DNA of 64,000 bases from the NCBI GenBank assembly GCA_046758005.1, contig JBHHZJ010000004.1, forward strand, positions 2,766 to 66,765, given 5' to 3'. This document shows, piece after piece, positions 36,867 to 46,883 of this stretch. The position numbers and the translations under genes were made by a program. A model generated the notes under the pieces. The model was not told the origin of the DNA. It worked only from the letters and a program-made list of their open reading frames with translations, and did not search any database. Positions within the stretch are counted from its first letter, which is position 1. Every line of letters starts with the position of its first letter. Source of the stretch: Kiloniellaceae bacterium. GTDB taxonomy: Bacteria > Pseudomonadota > Alphaproteobacteria > Kiloniellales > J153.

Positions 36867-39800
36867 TCAGCCCAGTTCCGCAAGGAGCGTCCGGGCGTCC
36901 ATCAGATCGGCCGTGTCCAAGCCCTCGGTGAACCATTCGTAGACCGGCGCCAGGATTTCTCGGGCCTCAATGGTCTTGCCCTGCGCTTGCCACAGGCGGG
37001 CAAGATTGGTGGCCGCTCGAAGTTCCAACGCTCTCACGCCCTGGTTCCGCGCGATTCCGATGGCCCGATCGAAGCACGCTTCGGCCTCAGGCCCGTTGTC
37101 TCGCGATTGCATAAGCAGGAGTTCACCCCTGAGGCGATGAAGCTCTGCCAGCCAATAGTGCGCGCCATGGCGCTCGCTGGCGACAAGCCCCTCGTCCAGC
37201 AGGGTCAGACCAATCTCGGGTCGGGCGACTGCGCCGAAGGCCTCCGCCAGAATGCCGAGCACATGTGACTCTTCGACCGTTCGCCCCGCCGACCGCCTGG
37301 CGCTCAGCGCGTCGTGCATCCGCCGGACGGCGGGTTCGGACCGGCCCTGCCGGATTTCGGCCCAGCCGCGGAGAATTTCTCCGGTCGTCAGGTCCTCGGA
37401 AAAGTCCCATTCGGCGGCCAGGGCCAAGAGCGCCTCGGCCCGTTCAAGGACCTTTTCCGGCTCCCTGCGGAACAGATGCACGAGGGTCGACTCGATCCAG
37501 GCAAGCGCCATCGAGGAAGGCTGATCGAGTTCGCGCGCAAGCCGTACAGCCTTGTCGATTCTTTCGAGCGCCCGATCGGGCCGGCCCGAGAGCCACAGGA
37601 CGAGCGCAGCCGTGCCTTGGCCGCAAACGCAAGGGTCGTGTCCGGCAATGACGAAAGCCTGTTTGCGGTGTTCTTGCGGGCTGTATAGGGCGACGCCCTG
37701 GTCCACGTGATCCTGCGCGGCGGCGAATTTTCCAAGGTAGTAGAGCGTGGTCCACTGAGCGTGGTGGGCCTGCAACAACAGCGTCGAGTCCTCTTGGTCC
37801 CGGGCTAGGTCGAGCAGCTCCTGCGCCAGCTCGTGTGCGATCGAAAGGTTGGCGCGTGTTCGGTGACAGCGCCACAGGCCCCAAAGCACTGGAAACAGAA
37901 GAGACGTGTCCCCGGTTTCCTCGCACAGCTGTCGGGCCTCGCCGTAAACACGTCCCACATCCGGGGAGCTGGCACCCCTGGTGGCCTGCAGGGAAATACC
38001 CATGGCCAGCAACAGCATGGTCTTCTGGCGGCTATGCTCCTTCGTCTTCGGTAGACTCTCGAGCAGGTCGAGCCCCTTTCTCAAGTGAGCGATCGCTTCG
38101 GTATTGGCGGAGCGCTCGATGGCGCGCTCGCCGGCTTGTTGCCAATACGGAATGGCCTGCGCCGCCAATCCAGCCTCGGTGTAGTGGTGCGCCAACCGCT
38201 CGGACTGCTCGGCCAGACGGCCGGCGAACGTCGCCTCGATCGCCTCGGCGATCTGCCGGTGCAACCCGGCCCGCCGCTCCTGGAGCAGGCTGCCGTAAGC
38301 GACCTCGTGGGTGAGGGCGTGCTTGAAGGTGTACTCGCGATCCGGGAACAACCGCGTCTCGTAGAGGAATTCGCCGGCTTGAAGGGCCGCCGACCCGCGG
38401 TCCAAATCCTCCTCCCGCAGGTCGGCGACCGCCTGCAACAGCACGCGGGGCACGTCCTTGCCGATTACGGCCGCCGTCTGAAGCAATCGTTTGTCCTCCG
38501 GCACCAGCCGGTCGATGCGCGCGGCCAGAACGCCTTGCACCGTGACCGGGACGCGCACGGATCCAACGTCCTCGACCAGTCGATAGGCGCCGGGGGTGCC
38601 CGCGAGGGCGCCGGTTTCGACCACGGTGCGAACGCTCTCCTCGACGAAGAAGGGGTTGCCCTCGGTGCGGGTGATCAGCAGCCGCTTGAGTCCCGCAAGG
38701 CCGGGATCGTCGCCCAAGAGACTGGCCAGCAGCTCGCCTGCGCTTTCGGGCGGCAGCGGGTCGATCCGCCGCTGGGTGTAGTAAGTCTTGCCGCCCCAGC
38801 CATGGCGGTATTCGGGACGGTAGTTGACCAGAAGAAGGATGCGGGCCGCGGGGAGGCTTTCCACCAAACTGTCCAGCACGGCTTGAGTCTCGCTGTCGAT
38901 CCAGTGCAGGTCCTCGAAGACGAGCACCACGGGCTGAACCTGGCTCTCCCGCAGCAGCAGGCCCTTCACCGCATCCAGTGTGCGCCGGCGGCGTTGCGGT
39001 GGTTGTAGGGCCCTCCAATCCTGCTCGTCGACCGGCACATCCATGAGGACGAGCAAGGCAGCCAACGCCGACCTCAGGTTTTCGTCGAGGGTGAGCAGCT
39101 TCCCGGTGACCTTTTCCCGTATCCGGCGGATGTCGTCACGCGTGTCGATCCGGAAGTAGGCCTTCAGCAGATCGATGACCGGCAGGTAAGCGGTAGCCTT
39201 GCCGTAAGAGACCGACCCGCTCTCCAGGACCAGCCAATTCTCGGTGCGATGCGAGTGCGTGAACTCGTAGAACAGACGGGACTTGCCCACGCCGGGCTCG
39301 CCGACCACGGCGACGATTTGGCCCTGACCGCGCTCCGCCCGCGCGAGCGCCCGGTTGAGCGCTTCAAGTTCGGTGTCTCGCCCGACGAACCGGGTGAGCC
39401 CGCGCGCCACGGCGGCATGAAAGCGCGTCCGCATCGGCGCCGCTCCGGTGAGCTCGAACACTTCTATGGGCTGATCCAGGCCCTTGATCGGCACCGGGCC
39501 GAGGGAGCGCACCCGTACGAAGCCCTCGGCCAGGCGCAAGGTCTCGCCGGTGAGCCGAATCGCGCCGGGCAATCCGGTCTGTTCCATGCGGCCGGCAAGG
39601 TGAACCGTCTGCCCGATCGCGTCGTAATCCATGGTCAGGTCGTTGCCGATGGCGCGGACCACCACGTCCCCCGAGTTCAGCCCGACCCGGAGTCGCACCT
39701 CGACGCCGTGCTCCCGCCTGGTCCGTTCGGCCTGAGCGGCCATGGCTTCCTGCATGGCGAATGCGGCGTAGCAAGCCCTGACCGCGTGATCCTCGTGCGC

Positions 39801-40292
39801 CACTGGCGCTCCGAACAAAGCCATGATGCCGTCGCCAAGCACCTTGTTGACCGTCCCCTCGTAGCGGTGCACCGCCTCCATCATGGTCCGGATCACGCCG
39901 TCCAGGATCGCCCGGACCCGTTCCGGGTCGCTGTCCGCGATGAGCTCGAGCGAGCCCTTGATGTCCGCGAACAGCACGGTGACCTGCTTGCGCTCGCCCT
40001 CCATGGCGCTGCGCGAAGCTAGGATCTTGTGGGCCAAGTAAGGCGGCGTGTAACTGCTTGGCGCGCGTTCGGCCCGCACGGGGATGGGAGCCGTTGCCGT
40101 TACCCTTTCGCCGCGCCTGAGCGCCGCGACGGCGGCGAGCAGCCTCTTTCGATGGCCGAGCGAGGTTACGCCAAGCTCCTTGACGTCCTCGGCGGTAAGC
40201 GCCCGCAGCGTCTCGCCATCAATATGGTTCTCGGCGAAGACCTGAGCGTATTGTCCGAGGCCCAGGCCTTCCAGCCACGCTCCGACGTCCAC
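36867..40292 (-). CDS. SAM domain / class III adenylate-guanylate cyclase / STAND (AAA_16) ATPase / TPR multidomain protein
   Basis: N-terminal SAM (GLGQYAQVFAENHIDGETLRALTAEDVKELGV). Cyclase core (VTVLFADIKGS, GDGIMALFGAP, VGLNSGDVVV). Walker A GEPGVGKSRL and Walker B VLVFEDLHWID. About 450 aa of helical TPR-like repeats. Confidence 0.9.
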   Translation of the reverse strand: MDVGAWLEGLGLGQYAQVFAENHIDGETLRALTAEDVKELGVTSLGHRKRLLAAVAALRRGERVTATAPIPVRAERAPSSYTPPYLAHKILASRSAMEGERKQVTVLFADIKGSLELIADSDPERVRAILDGVIRTMMEAVHRYEGTVNKVLGDGIMALFGAPVAHEDHAVRACYAAFAMQEAMAAQAERTRREHGVEVRLRVGLNSGDVVVRAIGNDLTMDYDAIGQTVHLAGRMEQTGLPGAIRLTGETLRLAEGFVRVRSLGPVPIKGLDQPIEVFELTGAAPMRTRFHAAVARGLTRFVGRDTELEALNRALARAERGQGQIVAVVGEPGVGKSRLFYEFTHSHRTENWLVLESGSVSYGKATAYLPVIDLLKAYFRIDTRDDIRRIREKVTGKLLTLDENLRSALAALLVLMDVPVDEQDWRALQPPQRRRRTLDAVKGLLLRESQVQPVVLVFEDLHWIDSETQAVLDSLVESLPAARILLLVNYRPEYRHGWGGKTYYTQRRIDPLPPESAGELLASLLGDDPGLAGLKRLLITRTEGNPFFVEESVRTVVETGALAGTPGAYRLVEDVGSVRVPVTVQGVLAARIDRLVPEDKRLLQTAAVIGKDVPRVLLQAVADLREEDLDRGSAALQAGEFLYETRLFPDREYTFKHALTHEVAYGSLLQERRAGLHRQIAEAIEATFAGRLAEQSERLAHHYTEAGLAAQAIPYWQQAGERAIERSANTEAIAHLRKGLDLLESLPKTKEHSRQKTMLLLAMGISLQATRGASSPDVGRVYGEARQLCEETGDTSLLFPVLWGLWRCHRTRANLSIAHELAQELLDLARDQEDSTLLLQAHHAQWTTLYYLGKFAAAQDHVDQGVALYSPQEHRKQAFVIAGHDPCVCGQGTAALVLWLSGRPDRALERIDKAVRLARELDQPSSMALAWIESTLVHLFRREPEKVLERAEALLALAAEWDFSEDLTTGEILRGWAEIRQGRSEPAVRRMHDALSARRSAGRTVEESHVLGILAEAFGAVARPEIGLTLLDEGLVASERHGAHYWLAELHRLRGELLLMQSRDNGPEAEACFDRAIGIARNQGVRALELRAATNLARLWQAQGKTIEAREILAPVYEWFTEGLDTADLMDARTLLAELG

Positions 40293-40384
40293 GGCGGCTT
40301 CCTGTCAAAAGTAAGGTATGTCCCGCCTTCGGACACTATAGCATATCGGGCAAACGGCGCTTCGCTCGCGTGCATGCCGTCCGC

Positions 40385-41830
40385 CTACCCGTCCTCGGCC
40401 AGGGGCAGGCGCAGGGTGAAGACGGCGCCGCCGCCGGGCGCGTCGGCGACATCGACCTGCCCGCCCGAGGCGTCGGCGAAGCGCCTCACGATCGACAGGC
40501 CGAGCCCCGCGCCGGGGCGGCTGCGGTTCTTGCCGCGCCAGAAGCGGCGGAAGATCAGCTCGCGCTGCTCGGGCGGCACGCCCGGCCCCCTGTCGGCGAC
40601 CTGGACCGTCCCGTCCGCGCCGACGTTGCACTCCACGGTCGTGCCCGGCGGCGTGTGCGCCACCGCGTTCCCGATCAGGTTGCGCAGCGCCCGCGTGAGG
40701 GCGTTGCGGGTGCAGCGCACCCGGACCGGGCGCTCCGCGCCGCCGAGCGCGAGGGATTTGCCCTCCCCGTAAGCGACCGGCGCCATCAGCGAGATCGCCT
40801 CGGCGCAAGCGTCCTGCAGCGCCACCGCCTCGCTGTTGTCCGGGCCCATCGTCTCGAGCTCGGCCAGCTCGAGCAGCTGCGCGACGATGTCCGACATGGT
40901 CGCCACGTCCTCGCCGATGGACGCCGCGGCCTCCTTGTCCTCGAGCGTGTCCAGGTTGGCCCGGAGCACGGCCAGCGGAGTGAGCAGCTCGTGGGCCGCG
41001 TCGGCGCTGAACCGGCGCTGCGCGTCGAGTGCCCGGTCGAGCCGGTCGAGCGCGCCGTTCATGGCCTCGATGAGCGGCAGCAGCTCGCGCGGCATGCCCC
41101 CGGTGGGCAGGCGCTCGCCCGACGAGCGCGGACCGATCGCGGCCGCGGATGCCGAGGCCCGGCGGATCGGGGCGATGGCGCGCCGCACGACCCCGAGCAC
41201 CAGCACCGCGTACATCGCCGCGAAGATCACGGCGAGGCCGAGGAAAGTGGTGATCGTCGTGTGGTCGATCCGGTCCTTGAGGGCGGTCACGTCCGTGTAG
41301 ATCTCGAAGACTCCCGCATTCGCGCCATAGTGCGTCGTCACCGGCACGTAGGTCTCGACCACATCGCGCTTGAAGACCTCGCCGGAAAAGGCGCTGATGC
41401 GGTCCTTGAACGATAGTTTGCTGCGCGCTTCGCCGTCGTGGGCGGCGGCGGCGAAGGCCGTATTGCCGGAAACGTGCTCGCCGATCTGCGCGGACTCGGT
41501 GGAATAGATGGTCAGCCCGTCGGTATTGTAGATCTTGACCTTGAGGACCGGCAGCTCCTCGGTCAGCGCCCGCAGCGTCTCGTGGATGGCGCGGGTCTCC
41601 GGGCGCGTGCGGAGCGCGTCCGGATCGAGTTCGGAGACCGAACTCAGATAAGCCCCGTAGCGCGACCACACCGCGTGCGACAGGGTTTTGGCGAGACCGA
41701 TGTTGTGGCTCTCGGCCATCTCGATCAAGTCGCGCACCGCGTATCGATTGAAGAAGGACGCGACCGCCACCATCGCCAGCATGAGGACGACGGCGCTGGC
41801 AATGGCGAGGTATCTGTAGATCCTGAACAT
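40385..41830 (-). CDS. Sensor histidine kinase (TM, extracytoplasmic Cache-like domain, TM, HAMP, HisKA, HATPase_c), with no adjacent response regulator
   Basis: H-box DAAHELLTPLAV, N box LIGNAVAHT, and G boxes (DRGPGV, GAGLGLSI). Confidence 0.9.
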   Translation of the reverse strand: MFRIYRYLAIASAVVLMLAMVAVASFFNRYAVRDLIEMAESHNIGLAKTLSHAVWSRYGAYLSSVSELDPDALRTRPETRAIHETLRALTEELPVLKVKIYNTDGLTIYSTESAQIGEHVSGNTAFAAAAHDGEARSKLSFKDRISAFSGEVFKRDVVETYVPVTTHYGANAGVFEIYTDVTALKDRIDHTTITTFLGLAVIFAAMYAVLVLGVVRRAIAPIRRASASAAAIGPRSSGERLPTGGMPRELLPLIEAMNGALDRLDRALDAQRRFSADAAHELLTPLAVLRANLDTLEDKEAAASIGEDVATMSDIVAQLLELAELETMGPDNSEAVALQDACAEAISLMAPVAYGEGKSLALGGAERPVRVRCTRNALTRALRNLIGNAVAHTPPGTTVECNVGADGTVQVADRGPGVPPEQRELIFRRFWRGKNRSRPGAGLGLSIVRRFADASGGQVDVADAPGGGAVFTLRLPLAEDG

Positions 41831-41917
41831 TGGGCACTCTGTGCGTTGCGCGGCGGTCGCCGACGCGGCCCGGCGCCTTGCCCCCGCGCGGGCCGGACCG
41901 GGGTCGCGAGACCGCAG

Positions 41918-43402
41918 CTACGACACGCCTGGCGCCATCCGGTGAACGATCTCGGCCAAGCGCTTGATGCCCGGGGCGATCTTTTCGGCCGGAATCGAGG
42001 AAAAGCCGAGCCGGAAGTAGTTGCGCGGCGGGTTGGCGGCGGAAAAGAAGATCGAGCCGGGCTCGATCACGATCCCGTCCTGCAACGCCGCGCGCGCCAG
42101 ATGCTCTGCGTCCAGCTCTTCCGGTCCGCGCACCCAGTAGCTCGTGCCGCCGAAGGACGGGGTCGTGGCGCTGTCCGGCAGGTAGCGGCCCAGCGCCTCG
42201 CCGAGCGCCTCCCAGCGGCTGTGATACACGCGCTGCAGGCGGTGAACCAGGGCATCGTAGTATCCGCCGGAGACCAACAGCGCCACCGTCCGCTGATTGT
42301 TGGACGGCGGGTGGCGCAGGATCAGGCGCCTGAGCAGCCGGGCCTCCCTTATGAATTGGGCGGAGGCGACCAGATAACCGATGCGCAGGCCGGGCGCTAG
42401 GCTCTTCGAAAAGGAGCCGACGTAGATCACCGACTGGTCCTTGTCCATGGACTTCAGGGCCGACGTGGGCGAACTGACGAAGTTGGCTTCCGCCTCGTAG
42501 TCGTCCTCGACGACGGAGAAACCGTGGCGGCTGGCCATGTCGAGCAGGGCGACCCGACGCTCCATGGGCATGGTCACCGTGGTCGGCGACTGGTGGCTCG
42601 GCGTGACGTAGACGCAGTCGCAGCGCTGCAGGGCGCGGCCCACGGCCATGCCGCCATCGTCCACCGGGATCGGACGCAGGCGCGCCCCGGTCAGGGCGAA
42701 GATGTTGCGCGCGTCGACGTAACCGGGATCCTCGACGCCGACCGTGGTCTTGGGTCCGGCGAGCAGGTGGGCGACCAGGTAAAGCGCGTTCTGCGCCCCC
42801 ATGGTCATCAGGATCTCGTCGGGTCCCGCGCGTATCCCGCGCCGGGGCAGGACGCGTGTGCGCACCTCCTCGATGAGCACGGGGTCGTCCTCGTCGAAGC
42901 TGTCCTCGGTCCAGCGGTGGATCGCCTGCACGCCGAGCGCCTGCCGGGAGCAAATGCGCCAGGCGGCCACCGGGAACAGCGCCGGGTCGGTCTGCCCGTA
43001 GATGAACGGGTACGGATATTGGCGCCAGTTCTTGGGCTTGCTGAGCTGGCGCTGATCCGAGGGATGGATTTGCAGGCGTCGCTGCCAGTCGGGGGCACTG
43101 CGCGCCTCGCTCGCCTGCTGCGACGGTGCGGAGGTCGGCGCCCGGCCGGCCAGCATCTCCGTATTGACAAAGTAGCCGACGCGCTCGCGCGAGACCAGGA
43201 AACCCTCGTCGGCGAGGGCCTGGTAGGCTAGGACCACGGTGTTGCGCGACATCCCCAGGGCGTGCGCCAGCCGGCGGCACGAGGGAAGCGGATCGTCAGG
43301 CGGCAGCCGGCCGTCGAGGATCGCTTCGACGAGGTGCCGGCGCAGCTGCGCCTGCAGCCCGACCTCGCCGTCATGGCGGACCGGAAAGATAAGCTCGCGC
43401 AC
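41918..43402 (-). CDS. MocR-subfamily GntR regulator (wHTH plus PLP aminotransferase-like domain), TauR-like
   Basis: wHTH LPSCRRLAHALGMSRNTVVLAYQALADEGF. Fold-type I domain with SFSKSLAPGLRIGY (PLP Lys). The GTG at 43402 gives 494 aa. The longer track ORF is rejected. Confidence 0.85.
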   Translation of the reverse strand: MRELIFPVRHDGEVGLQAQLRRHLVEAILDGRLPPDDPLPSCRRLAHALGMSRNTVVLAYQALADEGFLVSRERVGYFVNTEMLAGRAPTSAPSQQASEARSAPDWQRRLQIHPSDQRQLSKPKNWRQYPYPFIYGQTDPALFPVAAWRICSRQALGVQAIHRWTEDSFDEDDPVLIEEVRTRVLPRRGIRAGPDEILMTMGAQNALYLVAHLLAGPKTTVGVEDPGYVDARNIFALTGARLRPIPVDDGGMAVGRALQRCDCVYVTPSHQSPTTVTMPMERRVALLDMASRHGFSVVEDDYEAEANFVSSPTSALKSMDKDQSVIYVGSFSKSLAPGLRIGYLVASAQFIREARLLRRLILRHPPSNNQRTVALLVSGGYYDALVHRLQRVYHSRWEALGEALGRYLPDSATTPSFGGTSYWVRGPEELDAEHLARAALQDGIVIEPGSIFFSAANPPRNYFRLGFSSIPAEKIAPGIKRLAEIVHRMAPGVS

Positions 43403-43536
43403 TCCCGACCTCGATCCTCGCCCTGGCCTCACTCTGGTGGCCCGGCTGGCCCCAAGGGGCCACTGGCCATTATCATACGGCCCGGAGACGCGCCCGAACA
43501 AGCCGACCGTGGCTGGCCGGGACCAGGCAATGACGG

Positions 43537-44031
43537 TCACAACCGGGCGCGGGCGATGGCCTGAAAGTGCCGGACGGCCGCCGATCCCTCGGTTTGGCAC
43601 CAGGCGCGGAACCCGCCGAGCCCGCGGTTGGCCCATTCCCGGTCGGCGGCGACCCAACCGGCGATGCGCTGCGCCTTGGCTTGCTCCGGGGTCAGACCAT
43701 AGTGCGCCGTCAGTTGGGCCAGTTCGCGCCGGAAACCGAATTCGACCTCGGGCGTGAGCACGCCGCAGTAGCTCGTCACGGCGTAGTCATAGACCACGTC
43801 GCGCAGGCTCCGCGCCCCGGACTCAGCCCGGTACGCGGCCGCAAGCACCAGGGCAGCGCCCAGGACCGGCCGCAGCAGCGCCGAGATCCGGCGGCGCTTT
43901 CGGGTCACTCGGCCCGCTCCCGGGGCGGGCCCGCCACCGCCGGCGTCCTCGTGAGCGCGAAAAAAACGAATGCCGTTCCGACAGTTGCCCAATGTCCGGG
44001 CGTTCAGCATACGCACCTCCCGTACTGGCAT
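43537..44031 (-). CDS. Hypothetical exported/anchored protein (start uncertain; GTG at 43908 plausible)
   Basis: Contains RKRRRISALLRPVLGAALVLAAAYRA (signal-like), then a roughly 95-aa domain with two Cys. No family recognised. Confidence 0.4.
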   Translation of the reverse strand: MPVREVRMLNARTLGNCRNGIRFFRAHEDAGGGGPAPGAGRVTRKRRRISALLRPVLGAALVLAAAYRAESGARSLRDVVYDYAVTSYCGVLTPEVEFGFRRELAQLTAHYGLTPEQAKAQRIAGWVAADREWANRGLGGFRAWCQTEGSAAVRHFQAIARARL

Positions 44032-44518
44032 TTCGGCCCTCCGGCGCCAGGCTTGGAATCAGGCCGGGGCGAGGCAATCGAGGATCGCGAAACCGGGCAC
44101 GCCGTCCTCGCGTTCGCCGCTATGCATCGCGATCTTAACACCGGCGCGCCGCGAATGTGTCGCCACGCGGGCCTTGGCCCCACGCAAAATGTGCAATTGG
44201 CCCTAGATTGCCTGGAGCCGGACCTCTACTCTGATTACGCGGGTGAGAAACCCGTGCCGGGCGGTGGTGCGGGCAACGACAAACGGTTGTCGTTCAGCCC
44301 GACGGAAACGGCTGGGACGTGTGTCGAACGTGTGGCGGCAAAAAAAGGGCCATGCGACGATTCCAGGGAGGCGTGTGCGGCGGCGATTATTGCGCGAAGG
44401 CTTCAACGCACAAGCGCCGTTCGGCGCACGGAGAGAGCGAACCGCGGGCGTTGCTGTGCCGTGAGACGTCGGGCTCGGTGCGACAGGAACCAACCAGCAA
44501 CAAACAGGGAGCGATATC

Positions 44519-45694
44519 GTGACCAAGATAAGCAAATCTCGAACCAGCAGTGAGCTCACGCAGCGTGCGGCCAGGGCCTTCACCCGCCGCACGCTCATGA
44601 AGGGCGCCGCCGCGGCGGGCGCCGTGGCGGCCGTCGGCCCGTTCGTAATCGGCGCCGAGGCGCGTGCGGCCGCGCGCGAGCTCAAGGTCATGATCTGGTC
44701 GGACTACATCCCGGACGAATTCAAGGACAAATTCGAGTCGAAGACCGGCCTGACGCTCAAGGTCACCGGCTACGGCTCGAACGAGGAGCTCATCAACAAG
44801 ATCAAGGCCACCAAGGGCCGCGGCTTCGACCTGATCGGGCCGACCTCGGTCCGCATGCTGCAGTGGAAGGACCTGGCACTGCTCCAGCCCTGGGACATGA
44901 GCCGGGTACCCACGGACCGCATCCTCAAGCCGATGCTGCAAACCTCTATCGATCACGGCAGTTGGGACGGCAAGAATTACCACCTGCCGTACCTGTGGGG
45001 CACCGAAGCGCTGGCCTGGCGCACCGACAAGTGGTCGCGCGATTACAGGGACCTCACCTACGGCGACATGTACACCGAGGACATGAAGGGCAAGATCATG
45101 GGGCGGCCTCATTCGATGATGCTGACCATGGGGCTCTACCTCGACCGCACGGGCCGGCTGCCGACCAACCGCATGCTCGACGCCTACAAGGACGAGGAAA
45201 ACATGCGGCGCATCTGGACCGAGATCACCAAGTTCGCGGTCGAACACAAGCCGTGGGTCAAACAGTTCTGGAACGACGCGGACGCCCAGATCAACGGCTT
45301 CATGCAGAACGACGTGGTCCTGGGCCAGTGCTGGGACGGGCCGCCGCTGCGCCTGAAGGCGGAGGGCAAGCCCGTCACCTACATGGCGCCGATGGAAGGG
45401 GCGCTTACCTGGCTCGACGGTCTGTCAATGCCGATCGGGGCCAAGAACATCGACGGCGTCTACGCCTTCCTCGACGTTCTGTACACGCCGGAGAACGGCG
45501 GTCTGCTGGCCAACAAGACCGGGTACAACAGCGTCGCGGTGGACGCCGACAAGCACCTCTCCGCGCAGTCGCAGAAGAACTTCCGCGAGGCCTATCCGCA
45601 GGATGCGTTGGAGAAGCTGTGGTGGTGGCCGCCGGAGCCGACGTGGTACGCCGGCATCCGCGCCGAGTACCGGGACAAGTTCGTCGCGGCGTAA
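44519..45694 (+). CDS. PotD/PotF-family periplasmic substrate-binding protein with a Tat-type signal
   Basis: GTG start, twin-arginine FTRRTLMKGAAAAGA. Body resembles polyamine/aminoalkyl-ligand SBPs (VMIWSDYIP..., YLWGTEALAWR). Confidence 0.85.
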   Translation: MTKISKSRTSSELTQRAARAFTRRTLMKGAAAAGAVAAVGPFVIGAEARAAARELKVMIWSDYIPDEFKDKFESKTGLTLKVTGYGSNEELINKIKATKGRGFDLIGPTSVRMLQWKDLALLQPWDMSRVPTDRILKPMLQTSIDHGSWDGKNYHLPYLWGTEALAWRTDKWSRDYRDLTYGDMYTEDMKGKIMGRPHSMMLTMGLYLDRTGRLPTNRMLDAYKDEENMRRIWTEITKFAVEHKPWVKQFWNDADAQINGFMQNDVVLGQCWDGPPLRLKAEGKPVTYMAPMEGALTWLDGLSMPIGAKNIDGVYAFLDVLYTPENGGLLANKTGYNSVAVDADKHLSAQSQKNFREAYPQDALEKLWWWPPEPTWYAGIRAEYRDKFVAA

Positions 45695-45791
45695 GGCCGC
45701 GCCGTCGCGCCCGGAGCGGGCGCCCCGGCCGCGCGGCCGGGGCGCCTGCCCGGCGTTCCCCTTGCGAGCGTAGAGGGAGGGGGAAGACCAC

Positions 45792-46883
45792 ATGAGCGCC
45801 GACGTCGAACTCGATCATGTGACCATCCGATTCGGCGACTTCACTGCGGTCGACGACGCCAACCTGCGCATCGAAGACGGGGAGTTCTTCAGCTTCCTCG
45901 GGCCGTCCGGCTGCGGAAAGACCACGATTCTGCGCGCCATTTCCGGCTTTCTCGACCCGAGCGAGGGAGAGGTCCGCATCGGCGGCCGCAACATGTTCGG
46001 CATCGGCCCGAACAGGCGGCCGACCGCGCTCATCTTCCAGAACCTGGCGCTGTTCCCGCTCATGTCGGTGGCCGAGAACATCGCCTTCGGGCTGGAGGTG
46101 CGCGGGGTCAGCAAGTACGAACGGCGCAAGCGGGCCGACGAGCTGCTCAACCTGATCGCGCTGACGGGACAGGGCGACAAGCTGGTCTACGAGCTTTCGG
46201 GCGGCCAACGGCAGCGCGTGGCCATCGCCCGGGCGCTGGCGGTGGAGCCGGAGGTGCTCTTGCTCGACGAGCCGCTCTCGGCGCTTGACCTCAAGCTGCG
46301 CCAACACATGCGCACCGAGCTCAGGGCCATCCAGAGGCGCGTCGGGATCACGTTCATCTACATCACGCACGACCAGGGCGAGGCACTCACCATGTCCGAC
46401 CGCATCGCGGTCATGAGCCAGGGCATCATCCAGCAGATCAGCGACGGCGCCACGATTTACGACGACCCCGCCACCGCCTTCGTTGCCTCGTTCGTCGGCC
46501 AGAACAACCCGTTTCAGGGCAAGGTGGCGCGCGCCGATGGCGACTTCGCCCTGATCGAGACCAAATTCGGCCCCCTGCGCGGACGTAACCGCCAGAGCTT
46601 GAAAGAGGGTGATGCCGGCATCCTGTTCATCCGGCCGGAAGCGCTGTCGCTCACCGACGGCGCCGCCAACGGCGAGAACGTGATTGAAAGCGCGGTGATC
46701 AACCAGGAATTCGAAGGCCAGTTCGTCCGGGTCTACCTGGAAGGCGAAGGATACAAGCCCATCGGCCTGTCGGTGACCAACGACGGCAGCAAGTCGCTGC
46801 CGCAGGTGGGGCAAACGGCGAAGGTCGCCTTCGAGGCCGGTCGTGCGGTCGTGCTACCGGCGGGGGCCTTGGCCGATGAGTGA
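45792..46883 (+). CDS. ABC transporter ATP-binding protein (PotA-like, with a C-terminal TOBE-type domain)
   Basis: Walker A GPSGCGKTT, signature LSGGQRQRVAIARAL, Walker B LLLDEPLSALD. Confidence 0.9.
   Translation: MSADVELDHVTIRFGDFTAVDDANLRIEDGEFFSFLGPSGCGKTTILRAISGFLDPSEGEVRIGGRNMFGIGPNRRPTALIFQNLALFPLMSVAENIAFGLEVRGVSKYERRKRADELLNLIALTGQGDKLVYELSGGQRQRVAIARALAVEPEVLLLDEPLSALDLKLRQHMRTELRAIQRRVGITFIYITHDQGEALTMSDRIAVMSQGIIQQISDGATIYDDPATAFVASFVGQNNPFQGKVARADGDFALIETKFGPLRGRNRQSLKEGDAGILFIRPEALSLTDGAANGENVIESAVINQEFEGQFVRVYLEGEGYKPIGLSVTNDGSKSLPQVGQTAKVAFEAGRAVVLPAGALADE

Noticed and set aside
34507-37268. 809-aa (minus) and 792-aa (plus) ORFs across pta, citrate synthase and the cyclase gene
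   Set aside because: They overlap three genes with clear catalytic motifs in other frames, and their composition is typical of GC-driven spurious ORFs.
40305-43280. 991-aa minus-strand ORF
   Set aside because: It is out of frame with the histidine kinase and the MocR regulator, which carry H-box/N/G boxes and wHTH/PLP-Lys motifs. The product is roughly one-third Arg/Gly/Pro.
44380-44518. Glycine- or other riboswitch-like GGAGAG element before the ABC binding protein
   Set aside because: Only the short GGAGAGAG string matches. The rest of the glycine-riboswitch core (CACCGAAGGGGCAA-type) is absent.
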